A stretch of DNA of 64,000 bases from Amphiscolops sp. MND2022 (Eukaryota). The notes under the pieces are model-generated. The model was not told the origin of the DNA, made no database searches, and saw only the letters and a program-made list of their open reading frames with translations. Of the stretch, positions 61,201-64,000 are shown one piece after another; position 1 is the stretch's first letter, and each line of letters begins with the position of its first letter. Made by a program: the position numbers and the translations under genes. Location of the stretch: contig OZ076409.1 of NCBI GenBank assembly GCA_964187785.1, forward strand, positions 7,504,001 to 7,568,000. Reading direction: 5' to 3'.

Positions 61201-63868
61201 CAGTAAAGTTGGTGGCATTGTCCGATTGCATCCTGGCAGGTGTGCCGTGTCTTGCAAACCATTTGTTCAGGATAATCTTTGCAGTCGTCTGGGCGTCATA
61301 TTCGTCGTGTGCACATGGGATTGCCTCTGCAAATTTAGTGAAATGGTCGATGACGACTAGCAATCCATTATTTCCTGACGTTGTTTTGCACAACTTCAAA
61401 TGGTCGAACTGCACCAGGTCATTAAAATTGCTGCTGTTGATACTTTGTAACGGATAACAGGGATTCCCAGCGGGATGTTTCGTCTGTTGGCATGTTAGGC
61501 AGTGCTTAATATGATTGACAACATCACCCTTGATGCCCGGCCAAGTGTGGCGCTCCTGGATTCTTGTCAACACTTTACCAACGCCTTGGTGTCCTGATTC
61601 GTCATGCGCTCTGTACAGGATTTCGTGTTGGTATAGCTGGGGCATGACGATCATACATGGTCGTATGTGCATCGCGCGTTGCCGCGGAATGTAGTTGACA
61701 CACAAGATATCGTTCTGATTCAGGAACAGTAAGTCTTTTTTCTGGTGAAAGTACCGTTTGGCAAAGTCCTGCACGTCTTCGGGAAACAACGTATCCTCTA
61801 GTGGCTCATTCTTCATGAGTTTCTTCAGCGCTAGCAGATGTACATCTCTGTTTTGAGCTAGATGAAGATCTTTCAATCCTCGCATTGTTGACTGATGCTC
61901 GTGAAGCTCAGTCCCGATTAGCCGGAGGAAGTCAGCTTGTTCCTGACACGGCGTAGGCAATCTACGCAGTGCTGGGTCACGTTGGATGGTGTCCAGACGT
62001 GCCGCCGGCACTTTGGTCGTTACGCTAAGGATACAATTCGGTCTGTCGTCTTCGGTTGAAGTCGGAGTTGTTTCCCATTGCACCTGTGGGTACCATGGTA
62101 TGGAACTCAGGGACGGGTCTGATGTCAGATCTTCCTTTGGTGGCTTTTTCAAAATGTACAGCACTGGAAGTTGTGCTTTAGCTTCCAGTGGAAGCTCTGG
62201 ATGGTTTGGGATAAATTTTCCATGTTTGTCGATATAGGGCACAGTGGGGAGTTCTTCGTAGTCTTTCTGGGGCATGAAGCGGAATCCCTTACTCACTTCT
62301 GGTAGAGTTTCTACAATCTTCTCCCGATGTACGTAGTCATTGGTCCTTTTGCTAAGACCATCCACATTTCTATGTTGTGTGCGCGGTCTGTGGATCGTCT
62401 TGAAATGATATTGGTCGAGGCGCGCAATCCAGCGTCCAATCATGGCTTGATCCATTGAATATGTCTTCAGCCACGAGAGAGCCTGGTTATCCACGCGCAG
62501 CGTGAATTCTCTACCTGCAAGGTAGGAATGAAATTTCTCGATAAAATAGAATACTGCATACATTTCCAGCTTCGGGGCGCCATATTTCATTTGTGTTTTA
62601 GTCAGTGACTTACTGCCATAAACAATAGGACGAAGAATAGTTTTCCCATTGTATTGTTGCTCTTGGTGCAGTATGCCGGCTATAGCAACTGCACTGGCAT
62701 CCGTATCTAGAACGAAACGTCCTTCTTCGTTGGGCGCTGCCAAAGCTGTGGCATCGACCAATGCCTGCTTTACTGCATCGAACGCTTCTTGGTGTCTTTC
62801 TTTCCAGTAGAAGTGTTGGTTCTTCTTTAACAATTCCTGCATAGGTTGCACCTTAGCAGCATGAAAAGGAATGAAATCTCGGTAGTAGTTCGCAAATCCA
62901 AGGAAGCTCTGTAATTCTTCTCTGTTTCTGGGGGGCATCCATTCCTGGATTTTGCTGACAGCAGCCGGGTCAGGCTTTATGCCTTCGGCCGAAACTACTC
63001 TTCCAAGGTACTTGGTTTCAGTGCGCATGAAGTCGCATTTCTCTGCTCGCATCTTGAAACCTGCCTCTCTGAGACACTCGAACACTTCTCTAATTCTTTC
63101 CAAGTGGTCTTCAATGGTTTCTGTCGCAATCACTATGTCATCTATGTATGCCATGACAACGCTTCCATGTCGTTGTTGGATCTTCTGTAGAGCTCTCGTG
63201 ATCGATCGCTGAAAGGTGGCCGATGCATTGCATAGCCCGAACGGCATGCGCCACCATTCGAACAGGCCAAGTTCACACGCGAACGCCGTTTTTCTGCGAT
63301 CACGCTTCTTTAGTGGAATTTGCCAAAAGGCCCACGCCAAATCGATGCTCGTGAAGATCTTTGCATTCCCAATCCTCGAGAGGCTTTCATCGATTCTGGG
63401 TAGTGGAAATGCGTCCTTCACTGTTACATCATTTAGCGGGCGGAAGTCACAGCAAAAGCGAAGCTCGCCTGATTTCTTTTTCACCATGACTATGCCACTG
63501 GCCCACGGAGAGTAGGAGGGTTGTATCAGACCAAGGGCCAGCAAATTTTGCACTTCCTGATTGGCTTCCGCCGCCTTATCAGGGGACATTCGCCTAGCTC
63601 CTTCTCGGTGAGGTATAGCCTCCGGCTCTAGCTCTATCTTGTGCTTTTCAATCTTACACCTACCTATGTCGGACTTATTTTTCATGAATAGGTCTTCGTA
63701 CTCATTTAATATAGTTTTTAACTTGTTTCTCGCCTCTTCCCCCCATGAAGAAAGGACGGAAGAGAGGTCGGGGCCTGGGATTGCTTTTAACAGCTGTGGA
63801 TCTGTCCTTTTGCGCTTTTCATTATCTGATAAACCTGCCTCAGACGGTTCGGTCGACGATAAAAATTT
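58274..63868 (-). CDS. pol: Gypsy Pol (RT, RNase H, integrase) with C-terminal Cys motif and tandem macrodomain-like extension
   Basis: LRFCCDFRPLN, YIDD, LDTDAS, LRVDNQ, H..GH..CLTC, QFDH/SDNA/VER, WRGPH. The frame is open upstream of the ATG at 63685 to ~63910. Confidence 0.92.
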   Translation of the reverse strand, partial: KFLSSTEPSEAGLSDNEKRKRTDPQLLKAIPGPDLSSVLSSWGEEARNKLKTILNEYEDLFMKNKSDIGRCKIEKHKIELEPEAIPHREGARRMSPDKAAEANQEVQNLLALGLIQPSYSPWASGIVMVKKKSGELRFCCDFRPLNDVTVKDAFPLPRIDESLSRIGNAKIFTSIDLAWAFWQIPLKKRDRRKTAFACELGLFEWWRMPFGLCNASATFQRSITRALQKIQQRHGSVVMAYIDDIVIATETIEDHLERIREVFECLREAGFKMRAEKCDFMRTETKYLGRVVSAEGIKPDPAAVSKIQEWMPPRNREELQSFLGFANYYRDFIPFHAAKVQPMQELLKKNQHFYWKERHQEAFDAVKQALVDATALAAPNEEGRFVLDTDASAVAIAGILHQEQQYNGKTILRPIVYGSKSLTKTQMKYGAPKLEMYAVFYFIEKFHSYLAGREFTLRVDNQALSWLKTYSMDQAMIGRWIARLDQYHFKTIHRPRTQHRNVDGLSKRTNDYVHREKIVETLPEVSKGFRFMPQKDYEELPTVPYIDKHGKFIPNHPELPLEAKAQLPVLYILKKPPKEDLTSDPSLSSIPWYPQVQWETTPTSTEDDRPNCILSVTTKVPAARLDTIQRDPALRRLPTPCQEQADFLRLIGTELHEHQSTMRGLKDLHLAQNRDVHLLALKKLMKNEPLEDTLFPEDVQDFAKRYFHQKKDLLFLNQNDILCVNYIPRQRAMHIRPCMIVMPQLYQHEILYRAHDESGHQGVGKVLTRIQERHTWPGIKGDVVNHIKHCLTCQQTKHPAGNPCYPLQSINSSNFNDLVQFDHLKLCKTTSGNNGLLVVIDHFTKFAEAIPCAHDEYDAQTTAKIILNKWFARHGTPARMQSDNATNFTAEIAQELMKASQVTKITSTPAHPRGNGLVERQNRTLQTLLRVYTSRRMLDWDEHIDGVLGAYNSTRHATTGFSPYMLQHGAEKSIPLSFIYPEFAAREFESKEEFVEHLLARQQEIHELVRRNTHQAQIRQKQKFDKHLKAKAHAVGDAVWVFCHIIPKGGTRKLLRAWRGPHKVTDVLQDGRLYVLDTGQKVHFERLKEHVPAPWDWAAHQPFGLDQNVAIIADPYVEESNEEITSDISRDSFLPEQLPEASFEMEPTAPVPPSTIQTRTQSALERGIPRRRFSHFGYPSESESDQEQMDQPIEEPQQPMIYPDIDDLEPLYSDQEEVRPEPTPSLIPSPSGTSAPLLSNPALTDTLSNFPLFSSRAGSSAGLQTIEEPKPQERTDREIPEPRHSMEASPSSGRTASRRGRPRGRPPNRRRGSANSSSRALASTHRPYTRSRGRLRTRAQSQTLERAMTLPNIAESLSSEQSEAEQTTTSRAPPYLLRRNRTPRYRCGTCGSRNCSCVNLISGKPPNKRLARGVDAPAPDTAVTETTEDHMQYIRNIQAKDQEVPQVHHVVITVEKTYSSIGPAVVPPLETTLKAMQETSPSDCPTYRFKEWTRHEKSGLEFTLTAIIPPLPPSMMFGKIEPSDTRIAMVRCITARRLWQQYGVTSPPGDVYHPTAGWWLLVTSLDETSLVTPGILLICLENLRTLVEFEDTLCFHLADIYRGRFLSQHWLQLLAIIFCRQAKIRLLDKHTYTFENPVTVLEALSVVHDWSCTNLGDRPLRRTVWQDRKAILDHLTPSQDNQSTVTGKLLITHPKIKPNYLSWIHYEETDILQARGTVVICCPADLLSYSAMARYVIREYGQEEIFRLRPAVGKAIHLTRSPATPWNNEMFLLITRASSKHPILHDVLHLCLIDLVQKLIRAQITRIHFPIYDPERSINMLPAWYSMLKDHFIDSNIDIVLHDRVYVSIALVRTHQNHVKYKFD

Positions 63869-64000
63869 TGGGCAAAGGAACTGAATTCTGAACTGGTGTC
63901 CATATCAAAGTTTCTATGTATTTGATTTACATACTCGGCAGAAAGCTTCGAAGCTTCACCTTCAGTTTGCATAAGAACAGAGTTCAATACAAAAGTGGTA

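Larger units (their letters stand above)
52184..64000 (-). mobile_element. Ty3/Gypsy LTR retrotransposon with extended Pol and a large accessory ORF (5' part outside the window)
   Basis: RT-RH-IN order; polypurine tract GGGGAGGA abuts the 3' LTR at 53259. Confidence 0.9.

Overview
Repeat-rich eukaryotic (probably invertebrate animal) genomic DNA with spliceosomal introns; there are no operons or CRISPR arrays. Three LTR retrotransposons dominate the window. (1) A large Ty3/Gypsy element (<1..~12752, +) has a frameshifted pol followed by a five-exon ANTISENSE gene (~1297 aa when spliced) with a BED-type zinc finger and a degenerate hAT-transposase-like body. A 256-aa orphan ORF and a probable gag start inside the 3' LTR follow. 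(2) A complete, very young BEL/Pao element (33529..42240, +) has ~1030-bp LTRs and an ACGAT target-site duplication (TSD). (3) A second Ty3/Gypsy element (52184..>64000, -) has a Pol ending in tandem TARG1/OARD1-like macrodomains, followed by a large interrupted accessory ORF with an SGNH-hydrolase-like domain; a related solo LTR lies at 14151..14864. Host genes are a TRNAU1AP/SECp43-like RRM gene (27247..28566, -), a C2H2 zinc-finger gene with two coding exons (50462..51983, -) and a probable orphan terminal exon (30937..31416, -). The rest is MITEs (hAT-, MULE- and Tc1-type ends), a Helentron/HINE-like family, tandem arrays and a tRNA-derived relic. All domain calls are by-eye motif recognition; no database searches were run.
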